DNA of 64,000 nucleotides from Sulfuricaulis sp. (GTDB lineage Bacteria; Pseudomonadota; Gammaproteobacteria; Acidiferrobacterales; Sulfurifustaceae): NCBI RefSeq assembly GCF_041499725.1, contig NZ_JBGQKW010000002.1, positions 37,643 to 101,642 of the forward strand, read 5' to 3'. Shown piece by piece: positions 29,613 to 40,755 of this stretch (position 1 is its first letter; each line of letters starts with the position of its first letter). The notes under the pieces were generated by a model. It saw only the letters and a program-made list of their open reading frames with translations, ran no database searches and was not told where the DNA came from. The position numbers and the translations under genes were made by a program.

Positions 29613-32531
29613 GTGGCAATGAGCCAGAAACCCCAAAACCCGGCAGACGGATCGCCGTCGGCCGATAGCACCCTGAGCAAATCCTACGATCCGCACGCCA
29701 TCGAGCAGCGGATTTATGATACGTGGGAACGTGCGGGCGATTTCGCGCCCAGCGGCCAGGGCAAGTCCTACTGCATCATGATCCCGCCGCCCAACGTCAC
29801 GGGTAGTCTGCACATGGGGCATGCGTTCCAGGACACGCTCATGGACACGCTCATCCGCTACCACCGCATGCAGGGCGACAACACCCTGTGGCAGGCGGGC
29901 ACCGACCACGCCGGTATCGCCACCCAGATGGTGGTCGAGCGCCAGCTCGAGGCCGAAGGCAAAACGCGCCACGATCTCGGGCGCGAGGAATTCGTAAAAC
30001 GCGTGTGGAAGTGGAAGTCCGAGTCCGGCGGCACCATCACGCGCCAGCTGCGGCGCATGGGCGCCTCGCTCGACTGGTCGCGCGAGCGCTTCACCATGGA
30101 CGATGGCCTGTCGCAGGCCGTCACCGAAGTGTTCGTGCGGCTTCATGATGAAGGCCTGATCTATCGCGGCAAGCGCCTGGTGAACTGGGACCCGGTGCTG
30201 CACACCGCCGTGTCCGATCTCGAAGTCGTCTCGGAAGAAGAAGCCGGCCATCTCTGGCATATCCGTTACCCCATCGCGGGTACGAAAGAACATCTCGTGG
30301 TCGCCACCACCCGTCCGGAAACCATGCTCGGCGACACCGCTGTGGCGGTGCATCCGGAAGATGAACGCTACCAGCGTCTGATCGGGAAAATGGTGGAACT
30401 GCCGCTCACGGGCAGAAGGATTCCGGTCATCGCCGACGAGTATGTGGACAAAGAATTCGGTTCCGGTTGCGTAAAGATCACCCCGGCGCACGACTTCAAC
30501 GACTACGAAGTCGGCAAGCGCCACAACCTGCCGCTGATCAACATTTTCCATTCCGATGCCAGCATCAATCTTCCTGGCTCGGCATACGACAGCCTCGACC
30601 GATTCAAGGCACGCAAGCAGATTGTCTCCGACCTCGAAGCCCAGAATCTGCTTGAAAAGGTGCAGGACCACAAACTCATGGTCCCGCGTGGCGACCGCAC
30701 CGGCGCCGTGGTCGAACCGTTTCTGACCGATCAGTGGTACGTGAGGGTCGGCCCACTCGCGGCCGAGGCCATCAAGGCCGTCGAAGACGGACGGATCAAA
30801 TTCGTCCCGGAAAACTGGACCAAAACCTATTACGAATGGATGCGCAACATCCAGGACTGGTGTATCTCGCGCCAGATCTGGTGGGGCCATCGCATCCCCG
30901 CGTGGTACGACGCCGACGGCAACGTCTACGTCGCGCGCAACACCGCCGCCGCACACGCGCAGGCAAAGCGCAAACACGGGCAGGACATGCCGCTCGAACA
31001 GGACGAGGATGTGCTCGACACCTGGTTCTCCTCGGCGCTGTGGCCGTTCTCCACGCTCGGCTGGCCGGAGCAGACGAAAGAGCTGAAAACATTCTATCCC
31101 ACGAGCGTGCTGGTCACCGGCTTCGACATCATCTTCTTCTGGGTCGCGCGCATGATCATGATGGGTCTCAAGTTCACCGGCGAAGTGCCATTCCGCGAGG
31201 TTTATATCCACGGCCTGGTGCGCGACGCCCACGGCCAGAAGATGTCGAAGTCCAAGGGCAACATCCTCGACCCCATCGACCTCATCGACGGCATCGATCT
31301 CGAATCGCTGGTCGCCAAACGCACGCGCGGCCTGATGCAGCCGCAGATGGCGAAGAAAATCGAACAGGCCACGCGCAAGGAATTCGCCAATGGCATTCCG
31401 GCCTACGGCACCGACGCCCTGCGTTTCACCTTCGCCTCGCTCGCCACCCAGGGGCGCGACATCAAGTTCGATCTCGGCCGCATCGACGGCTATCGCAATT
31501 TCTGCAACAAGCTGTGGAACGCGGCGCGTTACGTGCTGATGAATACCGAGGGACATGACTGCGGACAATCTTACGAGGATGGCGCGCAAGCGCCCTCGGC
31601 TCACCTCCCTCTCCCTTTGCCCTCTCCCAAAGGGAGAGGGGAAGTCGGTGAGAATCTCTATTCCGTCGAACTGAATGTCGCCGACCGCTGGATTGTTTCG
31701 CGCCTGCAGGAGGTCGCGGTCGAGGTGGAAATCGCATTCAGAAATTACCGCTTCGACCTCGCGGCGCAGGCGATCTACAGCTTCGTGTGGCATGAGTACT
31801 GCGACTGGTATCTGGAGCTTTCCAAGGTCGTGCTGACTGACGCCCGGAGCCGGCCGGAACAGCTGCGCGGCACGCGCCAGACCCTGGTGCGGGTACTCGA
31901 AACCCTGCTGCGGATGCTGCATCCCATCATGCCCTTCATCACCGAGGAAATCTGGCAGCGCGTGGCGAAACTCGCAGGCCAAGCCGGCGGCGCCATCATG
32001 CGCGAGCCCTATCCCCTGCCGCGGAAAGACAAAATGGATACCGCCGCCACCGAGGAAATGCGCTGGGTCATGGCTGTGATCACGGGCGTACGCAATATCC
32101 GCGGCGAAATGGACATCTCGCCCGGCAAACCCCTGCCGCTGCTGATGCAGGATGGATCGGCCATGGATAAAAAATACCTGGATGCCCAGCGCCATTATCT
32201 CGTGGCGCTTGCCAGGGCCGAATCCATTACCTGGCTCGACAAGGGACACGACGCGCCCGAATCGGCCACGGCGCTCATCGGCCACATGAAGGTGTTAATC
32301 CCGCTCGGCTCGTTGATCGACAAGCAAGCGGAACTGGAACGGCTCAGCAAAGAAATGGAAAAAATCGAGAAGGATTTGTCGAAGGCGAAAACCAAACTGG
32401 CCAATCCGGATTTTGTCGCGCGCGCCCCGAAAAACGTGGTCGAGCAGGAAAACCAGCGCGTGCAGCAATTCGAAACCGCGCTGGCCAACCTGCGCCGCCA
32501 GCGCTCCAAGGTTGAGGTATTGCCGGGCTGA
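29613..32531 (+). CDS. valS: Valyl-tRNA synthetase
   Basis: [17 protein letters not shown]-terminal coiled coil. Confidence 0.98.
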   Translation: MAMSQKPQNPADGSPSADSTLSKSYDPHAIEQRIYDTWERAGDFAPSGQGKSYCIMIPPPNVTGSLHMGHAFQDTLMDTLIRYHRMQGDNTLWQAGTDHAGIATQMVVERQLEAEGKTRHDLGREEFVKRVWKWKSESGGTITRQLRRMGASLDWSRERFTMDDGLSQAVTEVFVRLHDEGLIYRGKRLVNWDPVLHTAVSDLEVVSEEEAGHLWHIRYPIAGTKEHLVVATTRPETMLGDTAVAVHPEDERYQRLIGKMVELPLTGRRIPVIADEYVDKEFGSGCVKITPAHDFNDYEVGKRHNLPLINIFHSDASINLPGSAYDSLDRFKARKQIVSDLEAQNLLEKVQDHKLMVPRGDRTGAVVEPFLTDQWYVRVGPLAAEAIKAVEDGRIKFVPENWTKTYYEWMRNIQDWCISRQIWWGHRIPAWYDADGNVYVARNTAAAHAQAKRKHGQDMPLEQDEDVLDTWFSSALWPFSTLGWPEQTKELKTFYPTSVLVTGFDIIFFWVARMIMMGLKFTGEVPFREVYIHGLVRDAHGQKMSKSKGNILDPIDLIDGIDLESLVAKRTRGLMQPQMAKKIEQATRKEFANGIPAYGTDALRFTFASLATQGRDIKFDLGRIDGYRNFCNKLWNAARYVLMNTEGHDCGQSYEDGAQAPSAHLPLPLPSPKGRGEVGENLYSVELNVADRWIVSRLQEVAVEVEIAFRNYRFDLAAQAIYSFVWHEYCDWYLELSKVVLTDARSRPEQLRGTRQTLVRVLETLLRMLHPIMPFITEEIWQRVAKLAGQAGGAIMREPYPLPRKDKMDTAATEEMRWVMAVITGVRNIRGEMDISPGKPLPLLMQDGSAMDKKYLDAQRHYLVALARAESITWLDKGHDAPESATALIGHMKVLIPLGSLIDKQAELERLSKEMEKIEKDLSKAKTKLANPDFVARAPKNVVEQENQRVQQFETALANLRRQRSKVEVLPG
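31607..31640. repeat. REP-type palindrome inside the valS reading frame
   Basis: CCCTCTCCCTTTGCCCTCTCCC-AAA-GGGAGAGGG; 20/22 identical to the inverted copy at 48419-48458. Confidence 0.75.
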
Positions 32532-32577
32532 AGCCGGCAATGTATCGTTTCCCCCGCTATTTACAAAAGGAGTCACA

Positions 32578-33291
32578 ATGAAAACCGGTTTACTGATTGG
32601 CCTTATCACCCTTTCTCTGTCCTTGAGCGCTTTTGGAAAAGAGCCGGCGGGACCGAAATCCGACAAGCAAAAATTCAGCTACACCGTGGGCTTTCAGCTC
32701 GGCCAGAAACTTAAGCTCCAGAACCTCGATCTGGATTCCAAGGCCTTTACCCAGGGCGCGCAAGACGCGATATCCAATTCTAAACCCCGTCTCAAACCCG
32801 AAGAAATGCAGGCGGCGATTAAATCCCAGCAAAAAAAAGAAATGGAAAAACAGGAGGCACTAGTGAAAAAGAACCTGGAAGCCGGTCAGGCCTTCCTTGA
32901 GGCCAACAAGAAAAAGGAGGGCGTGATAGCACTGCCCAGTGGCTTGCAATACAAGGTCATTACCGAAGGCCAAGGCAAGCAACCTAAATCCACCGATTCG
33001 GTGGTCGCCCATTACCGCGGCACATTGATCAACGGCACCGAGTTCGACAGTTCCTACAAGCGCAATGAGCCGGCCACCTTTCCGGTCGCAGGCGTGATCA
33101 AAGGTTGGCAGGAGGTGCTGCCGCTAATGAAAGAAGGCGCCAAATGGCAGGTATATATTCCGGCGGAACTCGGCTACGGGTCCCACGGAGCCGGCGCCGT
33201 CATCGGACCGAACGAAGTGCTGATCTTTGATATCGAACTGCTTTCAGTAAAAAGTGAAGTGGAAGGCAAGGAAGACAAGGAAAGCAAATAA
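32578..33291 (+). CDS. FKBP-type peptidyl-prolyl isomerase (Mip/FklB-like)
   Basis: AGGAG RBS, signal peptide, HYRGTLINGTEFDSS, VIKGWQE. Confidence 0.93.
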   Translation: MKTGLLIGLITLSLSLSAFGKEPAGPKSDKQKFSYTVGFQLGQKLKLQNLDLDSKAFTQGAQDAISNSKPRLKPEEMQAAIKSQQKKEMEKQEALVKKNLEAGQAFLEANKKKEGVIALPSGLQYKVITEGQGKQPKSTDSVVAHYRGTLINGTEFDSSYKRNEPATFPVAGVIKGWQEVLPLMKEGAKWQVYIPAELGYGSHGAGAVIGPNEVLIFDIELLSVKSEVEGKEDKESK

Positions 33292-33313
33292 AATAAGGGT
33301 ACCGTCAATTCCG

Positions 33314-33724
33314 TCATCGCCGGCGTTTGAGCTTGTAGGAGGTCATATCCTCCACAAACGCCTGGCAGGGGATGGCGTCGAGACCGCCGTGTTTCCCGAT
33401 GGCTTGGCCAACGAGACCATGGATATTCTTTACAACAGCTGATTCGTCCGTGCCATTGCCCTGCAGGCGATGCAAACCGAGCAGGCCGCCGAATTGGATC
33501 TTCACCAGCACGCTGTGAGGCATGCTGAGGAGGTCGTCCTCCACACCAAATGCCGGCAATGCGGCTTGCTTCATCCGCTGGAACAGCTTTTCGCACTCTT
33601 GATGGGCTTGGTCCGAGGAGCACACGACATCCGGCCCGCCGCGGCGGGTCACCTGCTCTGCTTTCTCGCAACCGAATTGGCCGGTCACCAGCGTATTGCT
33701 GAAGGCGCACTTGTACTCTTCCAT
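33314..33724 (-). CDS. Hypothetical protein
   Basis: Protein-like ORF (MEEYKCAFS...VKIQFGGLLGL) with four Cys, in line with neighbouring minus-strand genes. Confidence 0.65.
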   Translation of the reverse strand: MEEYKCAFSNTLVTGQFGCEKAEQVTRRGGPDVVCSSDQAHQECEKLFQRMKQAALPAFGVEDDLLSMPHSVLVKIQFGGLLGLHRLQGNGTDESAVVKNIHGLVGQAIGKHGGLDAIPCQAFVEDMTSYKLKRRR

Positions 33725-33749
33725 ACGTATTTCCTGCCCCGCCTGTTTT

Positions 33750-34151
33750 CTATTTCGCCTGGCTGGCGGAACCACTGATGTGCCAGTCGTAGGCACAGTC
33801 GAGGTGCGTGCGCACCGCCATGATGCCGCCCAGACCGTCTTCGAGCATGGCGGCCAGCGGCGTGCGGTTGTCGAAACGGTGATTGATCTTGTTCATCCAG
33901 ATCGAGCCCATGTAGGCGTTATGCGGGTATGACGTGCGCAGGGCGTCGGCGATGCCGGCCAGATGCTCGATGCGTTCCATCACGCCGGCATCTTCCGGAA
34001 ACGGCTTGCTCTGCCTGAACTGCCGGATCGCGCCGGGACGGGTGCCCGCCGGCAGCGCGAGCAAAGCCACCTGATCGGCCGCATTCACGCCCCAGCTGTC
34101 GAGCAGATGAACGATCGCGCGCGTGAACACGACGCGATCCTCGAGATTCAT
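33750..34151 (-). CDS. Xre/MbcA/ParS (DUF2384)-like antitoxin-family protein
   Basis: MERIEHLAGIADALRTSYP...WMNKINHRFDNRTPLAAMLEDGLGGIMAVRTHLD fits the DUF2384 C-terminal pattern. Confidence 0.7.
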   Translation of the reverse strand: MNLEDRVVFTRAIVHLLDSWGVNAADQVALLALPAGTRPGAIRQFRQSKPFPEDAGVMERIEHLAGIADALRTSYPHNAYMGSIWMNKINHRFDNRTPLAAMLEDGLGGIMAVRTHLDCAYDWHISGSASQAK

Positions 34152-34299
34152 TTTTTCCACCAAAAAACTCCTCGTTCCGGCATGCTGAACAGCGGAAAAT
34201 TGTAACTGCCTTCGTTTAATCAATAATGATGGTAAAACGCGCCTATTACCGCTGTAAAGCACATGATTCGTAATGATATCCGCCTGACAAGATCGCCGG

Positions 34300-35880
34300 C
34301 TAATGCTCGCGGGTCGCGAGAAAACGAATCTGCGGCCAGCGCTCCGTCGTGAGCTGGAGGTTGACCAGGGTCGGCGCCAGATAGGTGAGATTTCCGGCAC
34401 GGTCGAGGGCCAGCCTCAGCTCGCTGTTTTTGCGGAACTCCTCGAGCTTCTTCGGATCGTCGCATTCCACCCAGCGCGCGGTCGCCACGTCGATCGAGTC
34501 GTAGGTGCACTCCACGCCATACTCATGCTTCAAGCGATAGGCCACGACGTCGAATTGCAGCGCGCCGACCGCCCCGAGGATGAGGTCGTTGCTGACAAGC
34601 GGCCGGAAAATCTGCGTCGCACCCTCCTCGCTCAGCTGGTCCAGCCCCTTTTGCAAGGCCTTCATGCGCAGGGGATCGCGCAATACCACGCGCCGGAAGA
34701 GTTCTGGGGCGAAATACGGAATACCGGTGAATTTGAGGTCTTCGCCCTCGGTGAAAGTGTCGCCGATCTGGATCGTGCCATGGTTGTAAAGACCGATGAT
34801 GTCGCCGGAGTAGGCGGAATCCACCTGTTCGCGTTCGCGCGCCATGAAGGTAATGGCATTGGCGATCTGCACGTCACGATCCAGCCGCACCTGGTGCATT
34901 TTCATGCCCTTGGAGTATTTGCCGGAGGTGATGCGGAAAAAAGCGATGCGGTCACGGTGCTTGGGGTCCATGTTCGCCTGAATCTTGAAGACAAATCCGG
35001 TGAATGACGTCTCCTCCGGATCGACGACGCGCGTCGTGGTTTCGCGCGGACATGGCGGCGGCGCGTACTGGATGAAGTTGTCGAGCAGTTCACGCACTCC
35101 GAAATTGTTGATGGCCGAACCGAAAAACACCGGCGTTTGCACGCCCCGCCGGTACTGCTCGGCATCGAATTCGTGACTGGCGCCTTTTACGAGTTCGATC
35201 TCCGCGCGCAGTTCGACGGCCTGTTCTCCGAGCACGGCATCCAGCTCCGGATTGTGCAAGCCGCGGATCACCACGCCTTCCTGAATCTTCCCGCCGTGCT
35301 GCGGACTGAAGAAATGCACGCTGTCGTCGGCCAGATGGTAGACGCCCTTGAAACGCTTGCCGCTGCCGATGGGCCAGGTCACCGGCGCGCAGCGTATCTT
35401 GAGCACGGTCTCCACCTCGTCCATGAGTTCGATGGGCTCCCGGGACTCGCGGTCGAGCTTGTTGATGAACGTCATGATCGGCGTATGCCGCAGGCGGCAG
35501 ACTTCCATGAGTTTGATGGTGCGCTCCTCCACGCCCTTGGCGCCGTCTATCACCATCAGCGCCGAGTCCACCGCGGTCAGCGTGCGATAGGTATCCTCGG
35601 AAAAATCCTCGTGGCCGGGCGTGTCGAGCAGATTGACGATGCAATTTTTGTACGGGAACTGCATGACCGAAGAGGTCACGGAAATACCGCGCTGCTTCTC
35701 GAGCTCCATCCAGTCGGAGGTGGCGTGCCGGGTCGCCTTGCGACCCTTGACCGAGCCCGCGAGCTGGATGGCACCGCCGAACAGCAGCAGTTTTTCGGTG
35801 AGCGTGGTCTTCCCCGCGTCGGGGTGGGAAATGATCCCGAAGGTGCGCCGCCGCACGATCTCCTGATTCAACTCAGACAT
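34300..35880 (-). CDS. prfC: Peptide chain release factor 3
   Basis: [34 protein letters not shown]. Confidence 0.98.
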   Translation of the reverse strand: MSELNQEIVRRRTFGIISHPDAGKTTLTEKLLLFGGAIQLAGSVKGRKATRHATSDWMELEKQRGISVTSSVMQFPYKNCIVNLLDTPGHEDFSEDTYRTLTAVDSALMVIDGAKGVEERTIKLMEVCRLRHTPIMTFINKLDRESREPIELMDEVETVLKIRCAPVTWPIGSGKRFKGVYHLADDSVHFFSPQHGGKIQEGVVIRGLHNPELDAVLGEQAVELRAEIELVKGASHEFDAEQYRRGVQTPVFFGSAINNFGVRELLDNFIQYAPPPCPRETTTRVVDPEETSFTGFVFKIQANMDPKHRDRIAFFRITSGKYSKGMKMHQVRLDRDVQIANAITFMAREREQVDSAYSGDIIGLYNHGTIQIGDTFTEGEDLKFTGIPYFAPELFRRVVLRDPLRMKALQKGLDQLSEEGATQIFRPLVSNDLILGAVGALQFDVVAYRLKHEYGVECTYDSIDVATARWVECDDPKKLEEFRKNSELRLALDRAGNLTYLAPTLVNLQLTTERWPQIRFLATREH

Positions 35881-35960
35881 GTCGGATGTGGAAAAGTGAA
35901 AAAATAAAACGCGCGATTATACAAAAACTAAAAAACACGGAGCAGTACAATCTGCCCCGC

Positions 35961-35990
35961 AAAAAAAGAAACCCCGCTTGGGGCGGGGTT
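35961..35990 (-). terminator. Rho-independent terminator of the cold-shock gene
   Basis: AACCCCGC/GCGGGGTT stem with T run on the minus strand. Confidence 0.75.
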
Positions 35991-36018
35991 CCTTCTTAAG
36001 GACGGCTTGAAAGCAGCT

Positions 36019-36225
36019 TCAGCCTTCGACGACGACCTTGGTCGCCTGCATGCCTTTCGGTCCCTTCTGGGACTCGAAGCTCACGCTCTGCCCTTCAGCC
36101 AAGGACTTGAAGCCACTACCCTGGATGACGGAATGATGCACGAAGACATCCTCACCGCCGTCCTGAGGTTTGATAAAGCCAAAACCCTTGGAATCGTTGA
36201 ACCACTTTACTGTACCAGTACGCAT
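36019..36225 (-). CDS. Cold-shock protein (CspA family)
   Basis: [15 protein letters not shown] (RNP1), DVFVHHS (RNP2). Confidence 0.97.
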   Translation of the reverse strand: MRTGTVKWFNDSKGFGFIKPQDGGEDVFVHHSVIQGSGFKSLAEGQSVSFESQKGPKGMQATKVVVEG

Positions 36226-36410
36226 TAAAATAACCTCGAAAATTGACTAAGAAAGTTTGCGATGCAGAGCGTGCAAGGAATTTGCGGAAGATACCCGTAG
36301 AGGAACTACCGAAATGTCTGACATGAGCTGCAACAAGACCAATATAGCCGATAGCGGACCGGAATACTAGAGATCAGGGCCTCCCGAGCCGGCCGGGCAA
36401 GCGGCGGCCT

Positions 36411-36668
36411 TCAGTCGCCGGGCCAGAGGGTACGCAGCCGGATGCGCCCGCGCATCGGAAAATCCAATATACCGCGATGGCGGCGTACCTCGCGCAGGTA
36501 AAGTTTGGCGGCCCGGAACCCCAGCCGGAACGAGCGCCGGAAGTATTCAATCTCGGTCAGATGACCGCCCTTGAGGGCGTGCTTGAAACCCTCCTCGAAG
36601 CGGCCCGCCCGTATGTCGCTGGGGATCTTCAGGCCGATATCGCGCGGTGTCGGATAGCGGTGACGCAT
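36411..36668 (-). CDS. Small basic hypothetical protein
   Basis: 85-aa Arg-rich ORF, plausible position between csp and cnoX. Confidence 0.55.
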   Translation of the reverse strand: MRHRYPTPRDIGLKIPSDIRAGRFEEGFKHALKGGHLTEIEYFRRSFRLGFRAAKLYLREVRRHRGILDFPMRGRIRLRTLWPGD

Positions 36669-36817
36669 GCTCGCCTCACGTCAGGTGTCCTCTATACAAA
36701 TATAGACCCTCGCGGCAGCAAATGTTTCCCCTTGTATCACAGCCGGGTCTTGTTATTGCGGCGGCATAAATCCATAGTTTGAAGTACAGACCCCAATAAA
36801 CAGGTTGTGCCTTGAAT

Positions 36818-37681
36818 ATGGATGTGTCCCCTTATGTTTTCGACGCCAGCGCAGAAAATTTCCGCACACTGGTTCTGGAAAATTCCGACAAAGGGCCGGT
36901 GCTGGTGAACTACTGGTCGCCGCGCGCGGGACCCTGCCTGATGCTGATGCCGCGACTGATCCGGCTCGCCACCGAATTCAGCGGACGGTTTCTGCTGGTC
37001 ATGCTCAATACCGACGAACTCGGACAACTGGCGCGCGAACACGGCGTGGTCAGCCTCCCCACGTTAAAAATATTCCGTCGCGGTCAGGCGGTGGACACAT
37101 TGCACGGGGCCGAGTCGGAGACGGTATTGCGGGAATTCATCACCCGACACGTCGCGCGCGAGGCCGAGGCCAAGTACACCGCCGCGATCCTGGCTTACCA
37201 GCGCGGCGATCTCGACCAGGCCGTGGCTCAGGCGGCGGAAGCCGCGTTGGCCGAACCGGACAATCCGCGCCTGGCGCTCGATCTGGTGAAATTGCTGGTG
37301 TTGCAGCGGCGTTACGCGCAGGCAGATGGTCTCCTGAAATCGCTGTCGGCTGAAACCCGCGGACTCCCGGAAGTCCGCCATTTGTCCGCGCACGTGAATC
37401 TCATCCGCAGCGCCCAAGACGCCCCGCCGCCCGAAACGCTGATGAAAGCCATCGCCGCCGACCCTGACGATCTCGAAGCGAGATATCGCCTGAGTGCCAT
37501 CATGCTCACCCAAGATGAATACGAAACGGCCATGATGCAATTGCTGGAAATCATCCGCCGTGACAGCGCTTTCCACCATCAGGCGGGCCGCGACGGTCTG
37601 CTCGCCATTTTCGCCCTACTGGGCGAAGACGACGAACGCGTGCACCGTTGCCGCGCCCTGCTGAACAAGATCGCACATTAA
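36818..37681 (+). CDS. cnoX: CnoX/YbbN-like thioredoxin-TPR chaperedoxin
   Basis: Thioredoxin fold with YWSPRAGPC (only second Cys), SLPT, TPR C-terminus (DPDDLEARY..A..QLLEI). Confidence 0.8.
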   Translation: MDVSPYVFDASAENFRTLVLENSDKGPVLVNYWSPRAGPCLMLMPRLIRLATEFSGRFLLVMLNTDELGQLAREHGVVSLPTLKIFRRGQAVDTLHGAESETVLREFITRHVAREAEAKYTAAILAYQRGDLDQAVAQAAEAALAEPDNPRLALDLVKLLVLQRRYAQADGLLKSLSAETRGLPEVRHLSAHVNLIRSAQDAPPPETLMKAIAADPDDLEARYRLSAIMLTQDEYETAMMQLLEIIRRDSAFHHQAGRDGLLAIFALLGEDDERVHRCRALLNKIAH

Positions 37682-37836
37682 ACGGCCAAGGCCCGGTTCC
37701 CCCTCCTCCTGTCGAGGATTAATCTATCCTGGCGGACGAAACCGTCCGTTCGTCGGCCGAACGGCATGCCCCAACATGCGGCATCGTCTATAAATAGAAA
37801 AGACGGGTAGTAAAGGGAAATACCGGGGGGTGTTCC

Positions 37837-38370
37837 ATGTCAGTCAGAGATTTACGTCATTGGCTATTCATGATCCTGTTAATAACAGGTGTTCCTGTGA
37901 AGGCGGCCGGCCTCGACGATGCCGACGAGCGCCTGTTCCATGTGCAACTGGCCATGGCAGAGAAAGGCGATGTACGCGCCCAGTATTATCTCGGGGAAAT
38001 GCACGAACAGGGACTGGGAACCCGACAGAATCTTGGCGAGGCATTTAAATGGTATGAAAAAGCCGCGGAGAAGGGCGATGCTTGGGCCAAACGAAAACTG
38101 GTGCATCGGGCGGAAATCGAGGCGGGCGCGAAAAAGGAACAGGCAGTTGAGAATCTGAAAACCGCTCCAGCGCCGGGAAAGCAGAAAACGCCTGAAAATA
38201 CCGGCAAAAATGGCAGCGCCACGACGACATCGGATATGATGGCCAAGGCAGGCGACGCCACCGATGGGGCGGAAAAGATCAAGGCAGTGGAAAGGGAGAA
38301 GCGCCGGGCCGCCGTGCGCGCCATGATACTGGAGCGTATTCGCCATCCCGTCGGTGAACCGTTCGAATAG
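37837..38370 (+). CDS. Sel1-repeat exported protein
   Basis: Signal peptide; AEKGDVRAQYYLGEMHEQGLG...AFKWYEKAA. Confidence 0.85.
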   Translation: MSVRDLRHWLFMILLITGVPVKAAGLDDADERLFHVQLAMAEKGDVRAQYYLGEMHEQGLGTRQNLGEAFKWYEKAAEKGDAWAKRKLVHRAEIEAGAKKEQAVENLKTAPAPGKQKTPENTGKNGSATTTSDMMAKAGDATDGAEKIKAVEREKRRAAVRAMILERIRHPVGEPFE

Positions 38371-38473
38371 CCGTTCGGTTACATCGACAGAATATAACTG
38401 AACTTTAAGCGACTCAGGAATTCTCGAGGGCCCGGCTCACGATAAGTTTTTCGTGATGCGGGAAACAACAAGA

Positions 38474-39670
38474 TTAGCTCGCCGCGTCACGATGCAAGAG
38501 CGCTGCCTTGCCCCGCACGATTTCATCGACCAGCTTGTCGTCAATCCACAGAAATGCCGCGCGCGTAAAAGCGGATACGGTATACATGCGGGGTTTCAGG
38601 CACGAGATAGGATTGCTCGCGGTGGCAGTCCCGCCCTCGACGAATTTTTCCATCCCATCGGCAGCCACCAGCTTCACCGTGCCATCGAGCAGATAGAGAT
38701 TCAAGGAATCGCTGGTACCGCGCTCAAGCAGTTGGGTCCCGGGCGGCACCTTGTAAATGAGGGATTGCACCGCAATCGCTTCGAGTTTGTCATGATCCAG
38801 ATCGCGAAATTTGGAAAATATTTTCAGCGCCATCGGGTCCACCGGCTCGGGATGACCGACCAGCGACGTAGCGATGTTCTTGATCAGCACGTTGACGTCG
38901 AGACTGTTTGCCGTACCCTTGCCACCGGCGCCTCCTGAATCCAGCGTCACCTTTCGTTCCGCCCGTTTGTCGACGCCGTCATAGTGGTCGTTACCGGCGG
39001 TCTCTCCGACAGTCTGGGTATTCCCCCGAATGTCGTCGATTAGTGTGAAACCGGAGGGCTTGCGCATGCCTTTCTTGACGGCACCCTGATAAATCTTGTC
39101 CTTCAATATCGTGATTTCAGCCGTATCGCGTCTGCCCATCGGAATGGCGGCCAGCAGGTTAAGGACTTCCACGACGGGTGTCTCCCGGTCGGCCGACGCG
39201 ATCGGTCTATCCAGAATGGACGCGTAATCGTCCAGGGTGGCACTGCGGTCGTACAGCACCGGACAGAAAACCGGCATTCCAGGATTCGAGCCATCCTTGT
39301 AATCGAGGAATAGCTCCATACCGCGGAAAATACTCTGTTCCTGATTTTTTTTCTGGAAAACAGTTAGATCCTTGTCGGTCGTCATTCCGGTAACCGGATA
39401 AAGCCGGCGCACGATATGTTTCTCGAGCATCAAGGTATCGAAACCCCAGGGACGTTTCTCCTGTGTCCGATGGATGATGGCCAGACGGAAATTTCCCTGC
39501 GCCGGATTCTGCAAGTAGGCCATGAGATAATGGCCGTTGTAGTCGATGAAGGTTTTGGTGAGTTTGGCGTCGAGGACAAATTTTTTATCCTGTCCGTAGA
39601 AACCAAGCTGACCTTCAGGTGTCAACGTATAGAACCCGACCAGGCCTGGAAATGTTTCAATGGTGCTCAT
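38474..39670 (-). CDS. Unknown N-terminal domain plus C-terminal cyclic-nucleotide-binding domain
   Basis: C-terminal VPPGTQLLERGTSDSLNLYLLDGTVKLV..KPRMYTVSA cNMP pattern; likely start MSTIETF. Confidence 0.7.
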   Translation of the reverse strand: MSTIETFPGLVGFYTLTPEGQLGFYGQDKKFVLDAKLTKTFIDYNGHYLMAYLQNPAQGNFRLAIIHRTQEKRPWGFDTLMLEKHIVRRLYPVTGMTTDKDLTVFQKKNQEQSIFRGMELFLDYKDGSNPGMPVFCPVLYDRSATLDDYASILDRPIASADRETPVVEVLNLLAAIPMGRRDTAEITILKDKIYQGAVKKGMRKPSGFTLIDDIRGNTQTVGETAGNDHYDGVDKRAERKVTLDSGGAGGKGTANSLDVNVLIKNIATSLVGHPEPVDPMALKIFSKFRDLDHDKLEAIAVQSLIYKVPPGTQLLERGTSDSLNLYLLDGTVKLVAADGMEKFVEGGTATASNPISCLKPRMYTVSAFTRAAFLWIDDKLVDEIVRGKAALLHRDAAS

Positions 39671-40041
39671 TGCTCGCTGCTTGCCAAATCTATGTATTTT
39701 CAACGACCTCTGTGTGTTACCTAAAGATAGATGAATGCAGGGAACATGCCAGAAACAGTCATGTCGCCGCCTGTTATTGACCTGCCGCAACGCGGAACAC
39801 TCTGACAAACAAGAGAATTTCAGCAGGTCAGCAGCTGTCTCAAGCCCAAGTAGCCACTAGCTGCCATTGGCGCGCCGGACCGGTCCACAGAGGACCCCTG
39901 CCTTAATAAATACGTCCACAGACCGGGGGCTATCCACAAAAATGCCGATGGACCTGGTCACGGCGGCCATGTAAGGCAACACCGCCGGTCACCCGGCGAA
40001 AAAACCGGTTCACATCAAAGTCAAAAAGATTTTCGGCGCGG

Positions 40042-40641
40042 CTAAACGATCTGAACCACTTCATTGAACTCAAGCCGTGGTCCGCGTGGATGAAGCCGGG
40101 ACGCATCGCTGTAACCGAGGGCACAGATGAAATTGGATTTCACTTTTCCGTCCGGGAAGAATTCAACGTCCAGTTTTTCATTGTCAAAACCGGACATCGG
40201 CCCACAATCGAGCCCGAGGCTGCGCGCCGCCAGAATGAAGTAAGCTCCCTGCAGCGAACTATTGCGCAAGGCCGTGATGCGGATTTTCTCCGGCTTGCCC
40301 TCGAACCACGTACGCGCGGCCGGATTGCGCGGGAACAGCCGTGGAAGTTTTTCGTAGAATTCCATGTCCATGCCTATGATGGCGACAACCGGCGCGGTCA
40401 TGGATTTATTCACGTTGCCGGCATCAAGAGAGGGCTTGAGGCGTTCTTTGGCCCGCTGGCTGCGTACGAATACCAGGCGCGCCGGTGTACAATTGCCGCT
40501 GGTCGGGCCCCATTTCATCAGCTCGTAGAGCTTGTGAAGTTGCTCGTCCGTGACCGGTTTGTCCAACCAGTAGCTGTGGCTGCGAGCGGAGCGGAACAGG
40601 GTATCCAGTGCATCAGAGTCAAGAGGTTTGTTGCTCATCAT
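40042..40641 (-). CDS. Nitroreductase-family malonic semialdehyde reductase (RutE-like)
   Basis: KWGPTSGNCTPAR, RNSSLQGAY, GLDCGPMSGFD. Confidence 0.88.
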   Translation of the reverse strand: MMSNKPLDSDALDTLFRSARSHSYWLDKPVTDEQLHKLYELMKWGPTSGNCTPARLVFVRSQRAKERLKPSLDAGNVNKSMTAPVVAIIGMDMEFYEKLPRLFPRNPAARTWFEGKPEKIRITALRNSSLQGAYFILAARSLGLDCGPMSGFDNEKLDVEFFPDGKVKSNFICALGYSDASRLHPRGPRLEFNEVVQIV

Positions 40642-40755
40642 CGTCTCCCGTGGCGAAATGCCATCCTTATTTATCAGATAAACAGGCGCCGCTCAAAACC
40701 ATTGCAATATGGCGACGAGGCCGTATTGACAGCGTCAGAATCGAAAAGGAACCCC

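Noticed and set aside
29601-32285. 894-aa antisense ORF over valS, and similar long shadows (16028-17644, 51818-53548, 53744-55534, 47101-48378, 60711-62090)
   Set aside because: They mirror well-supported genes on the opposite strand, as expected from GC-rich codon bias, and carry no motifs.
39875-39945. Three TCCACA motifs as DnaA boxes
   Set aside because: None matches TTATCCACA fully and there is no origin context.
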